A DNA stretch of 64,000 bases from contig OZ218957.1 of assembly GCA_965112735.1 (NCBI GenBank), positions 1,054,001 through 1,118,000 on the forward strand, written 5' to 3'. Made by a program: the position numbers and the translations under genes. The stretch is from Phaeosaccion multiseriatum. Its lineage: Eukaryota > Protista > Ochrophyta, other classes. The notes under the pieces are model-generated. The model was not told where the DNA came from and made no database searches. It saw only the letters and a program-made list of their open reading frames with translations. This document shows, piece after piece, positions 10,357 to 21,477 of this stretch. The first letter of the stretch is position 1. Every line of letters starts with the position of its first letter.

Positions 10357-13300
10357 ATGCCACCGAACTTGCCTGAGGATCCAATCACCCTGGCTCAGAG
10401 GGCGATAGCGGTTGGCATACAGCAGAGTGAGTCGCACCGTGGCTGGATTGCTTCGAGCTCTGGCTACAGAATCTCACTCTTTTCTCCCTGTGTCCCCCTC
10501 TCCTTCTCTTTCTCTTTCTCGCACACACACTCTGAGCTCCTCGGGCTGAAGAATTCTCACTCCCCTCTCCTCTCCTCTCTCCCTCCTCCCTCTCCTCCTG
10601 TCCCTAACTGTACCTTCCTTCCGCTCATTATCTCCGCTCTCTCCTCCTCTCTCTAACTGTCCCTCCTCCTACTCTGACGCTTTCATACTCAGATGGCAAG
10701 GAGGTTGAGGACATCTCGAATTACCTTCACTCCCTCCGCAATGACACTTCGTCAGCGAGCAGCACCAACACGGGCGCGGGGCAGCCTTTCCCGCCTCCGC
10801 CTCCACAGCAGGTCACCAAAGAGGTGGAGGCGGGGAGAAAACTCTTACTGCAGTACGCCATGAACGCCATTCAGGTAGGTAAAGCTGCGCCAGAGCACCA
10901 CGTGTCCACGTGTCCACCCTCCCACACTGTTTGCCCTCCCCATGCACATGCACGTCTACGCCCTCTCGCACCACCCTCCGTTCACTCTATCGACTTTGTC
11001 CACTCTATCCTGCCCTTGACAGGTGGCGGAAAATCAGCCCAAGAAGTCTCTACGCGCACAGGGCTTTCACACCGCAGTCATCTACTTTGATGTGCTTAAG
11101 GTAAGGGGTCTTTGAGGTAGGAGAGCCCTATATATATATATACGCCAACAACGTAGTGACAGATAGACCGATACACAGACAACACACCTCCACTCCGACC
11201 TGCTGATTGTCATTGCTGGTGCACTTACTGTCCCTCGTTCGTGGCCCTTGCCTGCCCTCTCTCTGTCCCAGTCCTTCCAAGCGCTCCCGGAGGAAATGGA
11301 GGAGCGTCTGGAGTACGCCCGCTGGCGCCTGCAGCAGTGCTCGCACCTCGTGGAGAACATGGTGCCCGAGAACATCAACGCCACGCACTGCATAGAGGAC
11401 ACTTTCATCGTGCACAAGGTGGCCGGGTGGGAGGCAGAGCGTCTGTCCATCTCGTATCTTTTCCTATCAACGGATATTACAAGGAGGAAATTATACATGC
11501 TCTGATCGTGAAGGGGAGAGGAGCAGGCGCTCACTGCTTACTTTTGGCTGTGGCTCTGTCTGTCCCTGTGTGTGTCTCTCTCTCTCTTGCCCCTCCCCTC
11601 CCTCTTCCTCCTCTTCCTCCTCCTACATCATTCCCTCCATTCCGCAGGATAAGATTCTGGGGAAGGGAACGTACGGCACAGTGACTGTGGCTACCCACCG
11701 CGGCACCAACCGCCGCTACGCCTGCAAGGTCATCAAGGTAAGCTGAGCAGCGCCCTCACGGCATTGGATGGCAATCAATGGGGACTGCCCGTGTTGCTCG
11801 CAACTGGCGGGGGCATCCTTGCATCAGTGCTACAGCTGGCTCACTGACGCTCCTTACGTGCTCTGTTTGGCACCTTCTATGCCTCGCATGCGGTTCTTCC
11901 TCCTTTGTCCCTTTTCCCTCGCACTCGACGTGTGCACATGCACAGATGTCTCGATTGGACCCTCGGCAGGTCTCCAAGCTCTACACGGAGATTCAGTGCA
12001 TTCGCGCCCTCGACCATCCACACATCGTCAGGTCCAGGTGCGTAGCGTGTGTGTATGTATGTGTTTGTGTTTGTGTGTGTGTGTGTGTGTGTGGTGGGAG
12101 AGGAAGCGAGGAGATGAGGGGCCGAGGAAGCAAACGAACGTGTGTGTGTTTATGTGTTTGTGTGTGTGTGTTGTGTGGTGGACGAGGAAGCGAGGAGATG
12201 AGGGGCTGAGGAAGCAAACGAGCGCCCACTACTGGACCTACGGCTCTCTTTCGCTCCTTCGCACTCTTGCGTTTGTGTTCACATCTGTCCCATCTGTCCT
12301 ATCCTATCTGTCTACCGACCCATCTCTCTTTCTGTTGGCAGAGGCGTGTACTTCAGTAAACGCTATGTGTATCTGTTAATGGACCTGATGGAGGGCGGGG
12401 AGCTGTTCGACCTGGTCACGAGCAAGCCCAACCACTGCGCCACCGAGGCGCAGATCATCAACATGGCCACGTCCATGCTCAGTGCTGTGGCGTACATGCA
12501 CGCCAGGGGCATCGTGCACAGAGGTGGGTGGGGGTAGGTCACAGGGGTAGGTCACGAGGGTAGGTCAGGAGTGTAGGGGTAGGTCATACAGGTTGGTCGT
12601 ACGGGTAGGTCACGAGGGGAGTGGTAGGTCAGGAGGGTAGGAGTAGGTCACAGGGGTAGCTTATAGGGGTACGTCATGCGGGTAGGTCACGAGGGGAGTG
12701 GTAGGTCAGGAGGGTTGGAGTAGGTCACAGGGGTAGCTTATAGGGGTACGTCATACGGGTAGGTCACGAGGGAAGTGGTAGGTCAGGAGGGTAGGAGTAG
12801 GTCACAGGGGTAGCTTATAGGGGTACGTCATGCGGGTAGGTCACGAGGGGAGTGGTAGGTCAGGAGGGTAGGAGTAGGTCACAGGGGTAGCTTATAGGGG
12901 TACGTCATGCGGGTAGGTCACGAGGGGAGTGGTAGGTCAGGAGGGTTGGAGTAGGTCACAGGGGTAGCTTATAGGGGTACGTCATGCGGGTAGGTCACGA
13001 GGGGAGTGGTAGGTCAGGAGGGTAGGAGTAGGTCACAGGGGTAGCTTATAGGGGTACGTCATGCGGGTAGGTCAGCAGATCACTCCTTCGGTCCTTCTTT
13101 ACCGCTGCCAAGCCCCGCCCCTTCCCTCAAGCCATGCTGTTTTCTCACTCTGAACTAACTGCGTGGGTCCCCCCCTCCCCTCCCCTCCCCTCCCTTACCT
13201 TCTGCTCTACTCTGCTCTACCCTGCGCCGCTCATTCGTTCGTCTCTCCGTCTGCGCAGATTTGAAGCTCGAGAACTGGCTGCTTGAGTCGCCAGGGGACA

Positions 13301-16300
13301 CAACGAGTCTCAAGCTCATTGACTTCGGCCTCAGGTGAGGTGGGATGGGGTGGGGTGGGGTGGGGTGGGGTGGGGTGGGGTGGGGTGGGTAGGCAGCGGT
13401 TGTGACGTCCGGCAGCAACGAGACTTCTCTTCTTCCTCTCCGTTCACGCGTCTCTAGCCTTGCCCTATCCCCTCGGTGTACCATGGCTTCACTGCACGAC
13501 TGCCACACGCGCCCAGCACCTCCGTTGCCCTGTCCTCCCCCCCCCCCCTTCCTTCCCCTGACCCCTGCCCCTTACCCTTTGCTCCTTGTCCTTTGGCCTG
13601 ACCCTCACTGACCGTCACCAGCAAGCACTTCGGCCCAGCGGAGGTCATGCATCAGGTGCTGTGCACGCTTTGTACACACTTAGTCAGGCGGCGGGAGGGG
13701 AAGTGCTGCTCCCCCCCTTCCTCCTCCTCCGAATCGAGTGTGGGCACATCGAAGGAGAGGGGGGGGGTGGGGGGAGCGGGCGTGGCGTAGGCCAGGTGTA
13801 CGAAGGACTCTCTCCCACTAACCACCTGCCGAAAGTCTCACCCCACGTCTCTCCCCTTTTATCTCTCTCTTGTGTGTTGTGTGTGTGCCTCTTCTCGACA
13901 CCACAGTCCGTGGGAAGTACCTACTACGTAGCCCCAGGTGCGGAGCTTGTGACGGAGGCGAAAGGGAGGGAGAGAAGGAGGGAGCGAGGGGCGGAGGGAA
14001 GGAGGGACGGAGGGACGGGGTGGAGGGTGTCTTCAGTCTTGCTCTCCCCACCTCATTTATCAGTTACGCCTGAGGAGGCTGAGGTGGTGTTCTTCGTCCC
14101 ACCCAGACACACTAAAACTCAAAACTCCTTCCCAGGCACACGTAAACTAAAACAACCCCTTCCGTTCCTCCCCCATCGCTCTTCGACTTGTGCAGAGGTG
14201 CTGCAGGGGGAATACAATGAGAAGTGCGACGGTGAGTGAGTTAGTGCGTCAGTCAGTGGGTCAGTGAGTGAGTGAGTGAATGCGGAAGTGAGTGAGTGAG
14301 TGAAGTTTATAGTCCGAAGCGCTTCGACTAAACCATTGCCCCGATTGAAACTTGAAACTGTCCTAGTTGGTTGGTTGGTTGTTTGGGGATCATCTCTGTA
14401 GAAGCGATACTGAGTGTGGGACTCACCCCCCCCCGCGCATCACTCTGACGCCCATCCCCCCCCCCCCAATCGGATCAGTGTGGAGCCTCGGTGTGATCGT
14501 CTACATGGTGATATCGGGGGCGCCTCCGTTCTGGGGTAAGAACGACACAGACGTGCGAGGCCGCATCCTGCTCGGGGGCTTTGAGATGCCGGAGCAGCTC
14601 TTCTCCTGCGTATCGCCTGATGCGAAGGTAGGAGGGGAAGGAGGGGGTAGGGGAGAGGGGAGGCACTCACTGTGTTGGAGGACGAAAGATACCGCGGACT
14701 TTCGGTCTTGTTCCGCTCACGCTCCGCTCCGCTCCTTCTCTACTCCTCCCCCCCCCCCCCCCCTGTTTGTGTACAGGACTTCGTCGGTCTCTTGCTGCAG
14801 AAGGACGTGAGCAAGCGCCCCACCGCCGAGGAGGCCCTTCGGCACCCCTGGCTGCAGTCCACCGCCGCCGCTCAGGTGCGGCATGTGGGAAAGTAGAGGC
14901 ACATGGGCGGGCAATGGGCAATGGCATCTTTTGTACTTTGTACCCACAGCGAGCATGTGTGCCTTTCTACTTGTCTCCTTACTGGGGCGTGTACCCACCC
15001 GCTGGCCCTCCCCTTCCGCCCTCACCCCCTCCTATCCACTGCGATCCCCCCCCCCCCCTCGCCCTCTCACCTTAGGCCAACCGCGGCATCCACGGCCCTC
15101 TCATGCGACGCACAGACCTCGCGGAGGCCCTGCGGCAGTTCGGCAAATTCAGGTGCTGTGCTGTGCATGGATGCCAGGGAGGTGGAGAGAGAGGAGGAGG
15201 GGGAGGGGATGGGCTTGCAGGGCTTAGATCTCACCCACTCACCCACTCACCTGCTCACCACTGCCTCCCTCTGTGCCTGTCTGTCTCTCGACCCCCTCGT
15301 GTGGTGCTGGTGCTGTTGTACTCTTGCCCTCGCAGCGAGCTTAAGAAGCTCACTCTGGAGGTGGTGGCTTACAACATGGCGCCCCAGCAGCTGGTGAGTG
15401 AGCAAGGGGGGCCAAGTAAAGACGAAGCACACACGAAGCAGAGACGTGGGGAAGTAGGGAGCGTCATGTTTGTCTCCGTCTTGTTGTTGCACTAACACAG
15501 AGAGCTCGCCCCAGGAGGGCTCACTCATTTGTCATTTGTCACTGTGTGCCACCACCATGGCTCTTGTCTCTCTCTCTCTCTCTCTCTCTGACTTCGTTTG
15601 TTCCCTTCCCTTGCCTCCCCTTGCCATGCCTTCTCTCGCCTTGCCTTCCCTTGCCTTCCCTTGCCGTGAGCGCAGTCCTCCCTACGAGAAACGTTCGAGG
15701 CCATCGACACAACCCGCACAGGCTCAATCAGCCTCGCTGAAATGGCCCGAGCCCTGCGAGGCTACATGGGAGAGAAAGAGCTCCAGCAGCTCTTCGGCAA
15801 GCTAGACGTTACACACAGCCAGGTGAGGGGGGAGAGGGGAAGGGAAGGAGGGAGAGGGAGAGGGCGAAGGGAGAGGAGATGGAGTGAGGGTGGAGAGAAG
15901 GACCGCAAAGGAAGCTGTCGACCGACCCCCTTCATCCCCCCCCCCCCCCCCTCCTCAGGAGATCAACTACAACGAGTTCATCGCCTCCACCATCTGGACC
16001 CGGCTGCAGCTCGACGAGGAGAATCTGCACGAAGCATTCGTCTCGCTGGACCAAGAGGTGCGTGCATGTGTGTGTATGGATGCATATATATATATATGTA
16101 TGTATGTATGTCGCAGATGGGGGGGGGGCAAAAACATACGCACACGCACACACAACGGAAAGAAGAATCCCCCCTCCTCTTAACCAAAGCCTTCCTTCGT
16201 TCACCCCCCTCCCCCTTCCCCAACCCTCTGTCGCTCTTTTCTCTCTCCCCGCCTCTCTCTCTCTGTCCTTAGGGGAGGGGCTTTCTGACGGTGGAGAGCA

Positions 16301-16846
16301 TACGTAAGGTGGTGGGCACGGATTGGGGAGCAGCGGAGGTGGAGGCGATGATCAAGGAGGTGGACACCAACCAAGACGGGAAAGGTGCGTGAGATTCATC
16401 CAAGGCACAGACCGCATACACCCACATGCATACATACGCTCATGTCCACATCACACCTGATACACCCCACATACATAGATAGCACTCACGCCCACATCCA
16501 TCGAGATCCATTCACATCTATGCTTTCTTCTCAATCAGAGGTACTCATAGAGAGATGCTCAATCACATCAAAGGTAATGGTTGTTGATTGGACTGACTTT
16601 GAAACCTCCTCATGCTCCGTCTTCACAGTGGACTATAACGAGTTCTCGAGCGGCCTCAAGGCCATGGCCCTGACTCGGCACGCAAGGCCTCTGTCCCTGC
16701 CGGGCACGGGGCTGCTAAAGAAAGTGAGGAGAACCTTCGGCAGCTCACGAGGCTCAAGTGGAGGGGGGGATGCCGCTGCAGGGGCGGGGACAGGAGCGCC
16801 CGACCGGCCAGAAGGAGGGGCACATGAGGCCCCACCAGACACATGA
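10357..16846 (+). CDS. Calcium-dependent protein kinase (kinase + junction + 4 EF-hands) with N-terminal Vta1/LIP5-like domain, 19 exons
   Basis: Spliced motifs LGKGTYGTV, YACKVI, HRDLKLEN, IDFGLS, GSTYYVAPE, CDVWSLGV, EALRHPW and junction SELKKLTLEVVA. EF loops DTTRTGSISLAE, DVTHSQEINYNE, DQEGRGFLTVES, DTNQDGKVDYNE. Exons 1-4 join in frame to the kinase. Confidence 0.92.
12091..12222. repeat. Intronic ~84-bp tandem duplication with GT microsatellite
   Basis: aggaagcgaggagatgagggg..gaggaagcaaacga at 12101 and 12185, separated by (GT)n. Confidence 0.8.
12534..13075. repeat. 77-bp minisatellite (6 near-identical units plus degenerate leading copies) inside a CDPK intron
   Basis: Units start at 12603, 12680, 12757, 12834, 12911, 12988 (partial at 13065). 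Each unit contains several gtaggtca sub-repeats. Confidence 0.95.
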
Positions 16847-17051
16847 CTTACGCAAAAACTCTTTATTTAATTTTTTTTTTTTGTAACTAAAAATAATGTA
16901 ATCGATGTGAATAAAGTGCATCAAAGGGACGTGCCCTTGAGTCTATCGACACACACAAACACAACAGAGAACAAAATAGAAGAGCGAGCGAGCGAGAGAG
17001 AGAGAGATGAGAAGACCCCTTCCTTCTTGCTGAGGCCCAGGCCGGCGCTCC

Positions 17052-19373
17052 CTAGGCGGAAGTCTTTTGCCTCTTGGGGAGCTTGTCAGGATATATGCCC
17101 TCCTTTGTAAGGTTCTCCTTCATCCGCTGCATGACGCCCACACACGCCGTCTTGATGTCCTTGATGGGCACGTCGGGCAGCGCGTTGACCATCTTGCTGC
17201 AGTCCAGCTCGTTGTTGGAGCGCTTGGCCACAATCACCTTGTCCTGCTCCTCCAAGGTGAAGTTGGAGTAGCTGTTGGAGGGGAGAGAAAGGGAAGGAGG
17301 AAGGTGGACAGACACAGGTCAGCATGTGTAGTTTGCTGCAGCTTGCTTTCATGGTGTGAGTCGTCTACTGCCATGGACCGGTCGCGAGAGGGGCCACATA
17401 TTGATTGCAACCCCCTGCGCCAGTGAGAGCCGTGGATGATGCCGCACACGTGATGGGGGGTGGAGGAGGGGCAGAGTGGGGGCTGGAGAGGGCAGGGCCC
17501 TTACGCAAAAGACTTACGTGAAGGACGGGTCGATGTGCTCCTTGTAGAGGTCGAGGATCTCGTTGTGGCTGATGGCCCCGGGGTTGCAGAAGTTGTAAAT
17601 GCCTGAGAGGTTCCGCTCCGCCATGATGATGGAGATGGGGAGGAGGTCGTGCAACACCGTCATCGAGTTGGGGATGTTCACCACCTGCGGGGGGGGGGGA
17701 GTGGTGAGAGAGAGTGAGTGTGGGCGTGTGTGTGAGTGAGTGTGTGTGTGTGTGAGTGCGTGAGAGAGAGAGAGAGTGTGTGTGTGTGTGCAAAGGGTCA
17801 CGGAGACCTGTCGAGGGGTATACATGAGGGCCACGAACCGAGTCAGTCTGTGGAGGCTCTCCTCCTCCTCCTCCTCCTCCTCCTCCTCCTCCTCCTCCTC
17901 CTCCTCCTCCTCCTCCTCCTCCTCCTCCTCCTTATCCTCCTCCTCCTCCTCCTCCTCGATGGCCGATGGGCCGCCGTCGCTATACGTTTCGTTTGCTTCA
18001 CACACACTTGAACTGAGCTTTTGCTCACCTTCTCGTATTTGGTAATCTTTGTGATGAAGTTGCGCGCTGTCAAGTCGTCCGAAATGGGCATGCGCACCCT
18101 CAACACACACACCTGTGCGGTGCATTTGTCAGCAGAGGCCCGGCAAGAAGGGGAGGGGAGGATGATGAGTCTCACGACAGAGAAGTCACCGCCGTCGCCA
18201 ATGTATCGTAACCTCCTCTCCTTGCACACCACACTGAACACTAACCTTGTCGTAGGCCCTGAGCATCTCCTCTACGAAGCCCTTGGTGAGGGAGTAGTAC
18301 GAGCCGTCGAAGTTGGCCCTGTCCTCCTCTGTGAATCCCTTGCCGCCGATGACGTGGTCCTTGTCGTATTCGAAGATGCAGCCAGTAGCGAAGATGGTGC
18401 AGTGGATGCCCTTCATATCGCAGAGGTCCTGAAGGGTTCATAACGCACATAACGCAATAAGGAGCCACACACACACATTGGACGGCGAGGTGAGTGGCAG
18501 TAGGCTGGGTGGGGGCAGACGTCGGACAAGGAGCACCCATGCCAGAAGTGGGCAGGGGCGTACAAAGCACTGCCACCCACTGTCTTTTCGCACCGCTCAA
18601 GGACGCCCTCCCTTCCACTCACTCACTCCCTCACTCACCGCGAGGTTGAGAGTGCCGATGACATTTGCTCTGTTCGTCTCCTTCTTGTGGCTCTCGCACC
18701 AATCCACATTGGGCCTGCCCGTCACTCCTGCCGCGTTTAGCACGTGAGTGGGCTTGAACTCCTCCAGCTCCCTGCGAGATCAACACAATAAAGGGGAAGA
18801 GCAAGAAGAGTCCGTCAGCCGGCACTGCTTTCTATCCTTGCATCGCACTTATTCCGTCTCTACCCTTGCGCTGCAGGGACCGAACCCTCCCAGTTATACC
18901 CTGTCTAGCCCCGTCTGTCCCGCCGCACCATCCATCGCCCGCCTCCCCCACGTACTTCATCACTGATTCCCTATTCTCGAGGCGAGCGTTGCCCAGGTGC
19001 ACAGTCTTTCCTGCGTCCCGGAGCAGCCCAGTCAAGATGCCCCCCAGCCACCCGGTCTTGCCGTAGATCAGGAATACCTGCCAAAGGAAATCACGGAAGG
19101 AGGGGGGGAAGGTTAGAGACCTTCAGGATCCGGTCAGCTTGTCTGGATATGGGACAGCCTGCAGAGGCGACAAGGTGCATCAAGACTCTTTCATGGTAGG
19201 GTAGTTGCGGCGAGCTATTTTGCTCCTGCTTTCCCCTTTTCTGTCAAGGATCTCTCAAAGGCCTACGGAAGCTCTGGCTCTTCGCTTGCCCAGGACAGCA
19301 GCAGCGCTTGCCCACTCGCACTCACGTTGTCGCTTGACGCAGCTCCATTCTCGGCACTCCCGTTGGTAGCCAT
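17052..19373 (-). CDS. Bifunctional NDP-4-keto-6-deoxyglucose 3,5-epimerase/4-reductase (NRS/ER, UER1-like; rhamnose synthesis), 7 exons
   Basis: FLIYGKTGWLGG, PTHVLNAAGVTGRPNVDWCESHK, FATGCIFEYD, GSYYSLTK (YxxxK), LRVRMPIS, VVNIPNSMT, KRSNNELD. Confidence 0.95.
17860..17957. repeat. (TCC)n trinucleotide microsatellite in an NRS/ER intron
   Basis: About 32 TCC units between exons ending ITKYEK and starting VVNIPNS. Confidence 0.9.
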
Positions 19374-19508
19374 AGTCAAAGCAGCAGAGAGGAGATGGAG
19401 GAAGGGAGAGCAGAAGGGAACAGAATTTTTGAAGGGGGGGGGGGATACTAAAGAGCTGAAACTTAAAACTGACAGACTGGCGAGCAAGGGAGACAGAGAG
19501 AAGCGACG

Positions 19509-21165
19509 ATGGCGAGGAGATACGATAGCAGCACGACCACCTTCTCTCCAGAGGGGAGACTTCACCAGGTGGAGTATGCCATCGAGGCCATTTCAAACGC
19601 CGGCACGTGCGTGGGCATCCAGGCCAAGGACGGGATTGTGCTCGGAGCAGAGCGAAAGACGGTAGGTCAACAGGGGGGCGGGACCTGGCCTGCTGACAAC
19701 GTGTACACCTACTAAGGGACATGTGTCAACGTGAATAGGGTGGATAGGAGGCGACCGGGAGGATGCGATGCATGTGGGGCGCTTTGCCAGGAGGAACCAG
19801 TGCGCGATTACCAGAGAACATTGTGGGGAAAGGGTGGTTGTGCCACGGTCCGGACTCGCCAGCAGGAGGGTGGTGTGGCCTGCTGTGATCGTATAGTGAA
19901 CGTCTGGTTAGATCTTCTCGTTGGTGCTTGCTGCTGAGGGGGGTACTTAGCTTTGTGTGTGCCTCCACTCTCCCTCGCGCCTCCCCTTCCCGCCCTTGTA
20001 CTGCAGGTGTCGAAGCTGCTGGCTCCCTCCAAAGTGTCGGACAAAATGTACAAGATCGACGCGCAAACGTCTTGTGTAGTAGCGGGGTTGACAGCAGACG
20101 CAAACATCCTCATCAATCAAGCCCGTCTCAACGCACAACGCTACCAGTACACATACCAAGAGGGCATGCCAGTGGAGCAACTCGTCAAGCGGGTACGGGT
20201 CATCTCTCCACTGGTCCGCACCAGAGAGGATCATCGCTAATATGCCCTCTTTCCTCTGCATGTACAGGTTTGTAATTATAAGCAGGCGTACACACAGTTT
20301 GGAGGGCTGCGACCGTTCGGAGTTTCCTTCCTCTTTGCAGGCTGGGACCAATACGAAGGGTTCCAACTATATCAGGTAGGTTGACCGGACATGCGCAAGA
20401 GCACACACACACACACAGTCTCTCTCTACCTCTCTTTCTCTCAAACGGCTGTGCTACGCTGCTTGAAACGCAACGACTGAATGACCGTCCGCAGTCGGAT
20501 CCCAGTGGAAACTACGGCGGCTGGCGGGCGACTGTGATCGGCAACAACAAGGAGGCTGCGAAGGGACTCATCAAGACGGACTACAACGAGGACCTCACCA
20601 TCAAGGAGTGCGTGTTGCTCGCGGTCAAGGCAAGTGCGCTTCTAGGGTCTGACAGTCTTGCGGTGTTGGGGGGGGCGACCGAGTGAGGCTGACTGACAGT
20701 GAGAGAGCGTCTGACTGACGTGACGCCGCCCTGTCCCCCTGATACGTACGTACACAGGTGCTCAGCAAGACGATGGACAGCACCACCCCCACGGCAGATA
20801 AGATGGAGTTCACGCAGCTCACGCTGGAGGATGGAGTCGTCGTCACGAAGGTGAGTGAGTCAAGTCAGTTTTAGATGCTAAGCTGTGGTACGCTGAAACC
20901 GTCAAAAGAATGGGGTTAGGACTACGCTATCTTGTGTTGTGCGTATGGTGAGGCGTCAGTGTCCGCATGTTGCGGTGCACCTTTACAAGTCAGCAGCCCC
21001 GCCGCCTTGTGCCTGTCGTTTTCGTGACCCTGATGGGTGATGATTTAATCACTCTTCCGTCCGCCCCCCTTTCCTGTTGCACTTGCGCAGGTGTTACCGG
21101 AGGCAGAGGTGACGGCATTGCTAGAGCAAGCGGTCAGCGAGATGGCCACAGAAGGAGACTCTTGA
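19509..21165 (+). CDS. PSMA4: 20S proteasome subunit alpha-3 (PSMA4/PRE9), 6 exons
   Basis: [66 protein letters not shown]|VLSKTMD. Intron 20630-20757 is GC-AG. Confidence 0.96.
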
Positions 21166-21477
21166 GGAGACACATGTAGAAGGGGGTGGATGGATGAATG
21201 ACATGTAGCGCCCCGTTTTCGGTCGATTGATAGCCCCCCTCTCTCCAGAGGATCGATGGAGCGGTAGTGGAGCACTGCCCAGTAACGACCGCTCGCCTTT
21301 CCCGCGGAGGCAAGAGGAGGGAGGGAAAGAGAAGGAGCTGTTGCCCCTGCACCGGGAAAGCAGGAACACGAACAAGCACCACGGCACCACCGCTCGCCAA
21401 GGGCAGGTCTACATTAATCAAAACAATGTTGTAAAAAAAAGCCACAGTTACGTCTTTTAAGACACAGCTCAAGCCAG

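Noticed and set aside
12534-13075. Regular repeat array as a CRISPR array or nuclear-receptor (AGGTCA) response elements
   Set aside because: Units are contiguous with no unique spacers, there are no cas genes, and it lies in a spliceosomal intron. Nuclear receptors are animal proteins, so AGGTCA is likely incidental.
17514-18241. ORFs with long poly-Glu, poly-Arg or poly-Leu tracts
   Set aside because: They come from the intronic (TCC)n microsatellite. The conserved NRS/ER sequence joins ITKYEK directly to VVNIPNS.
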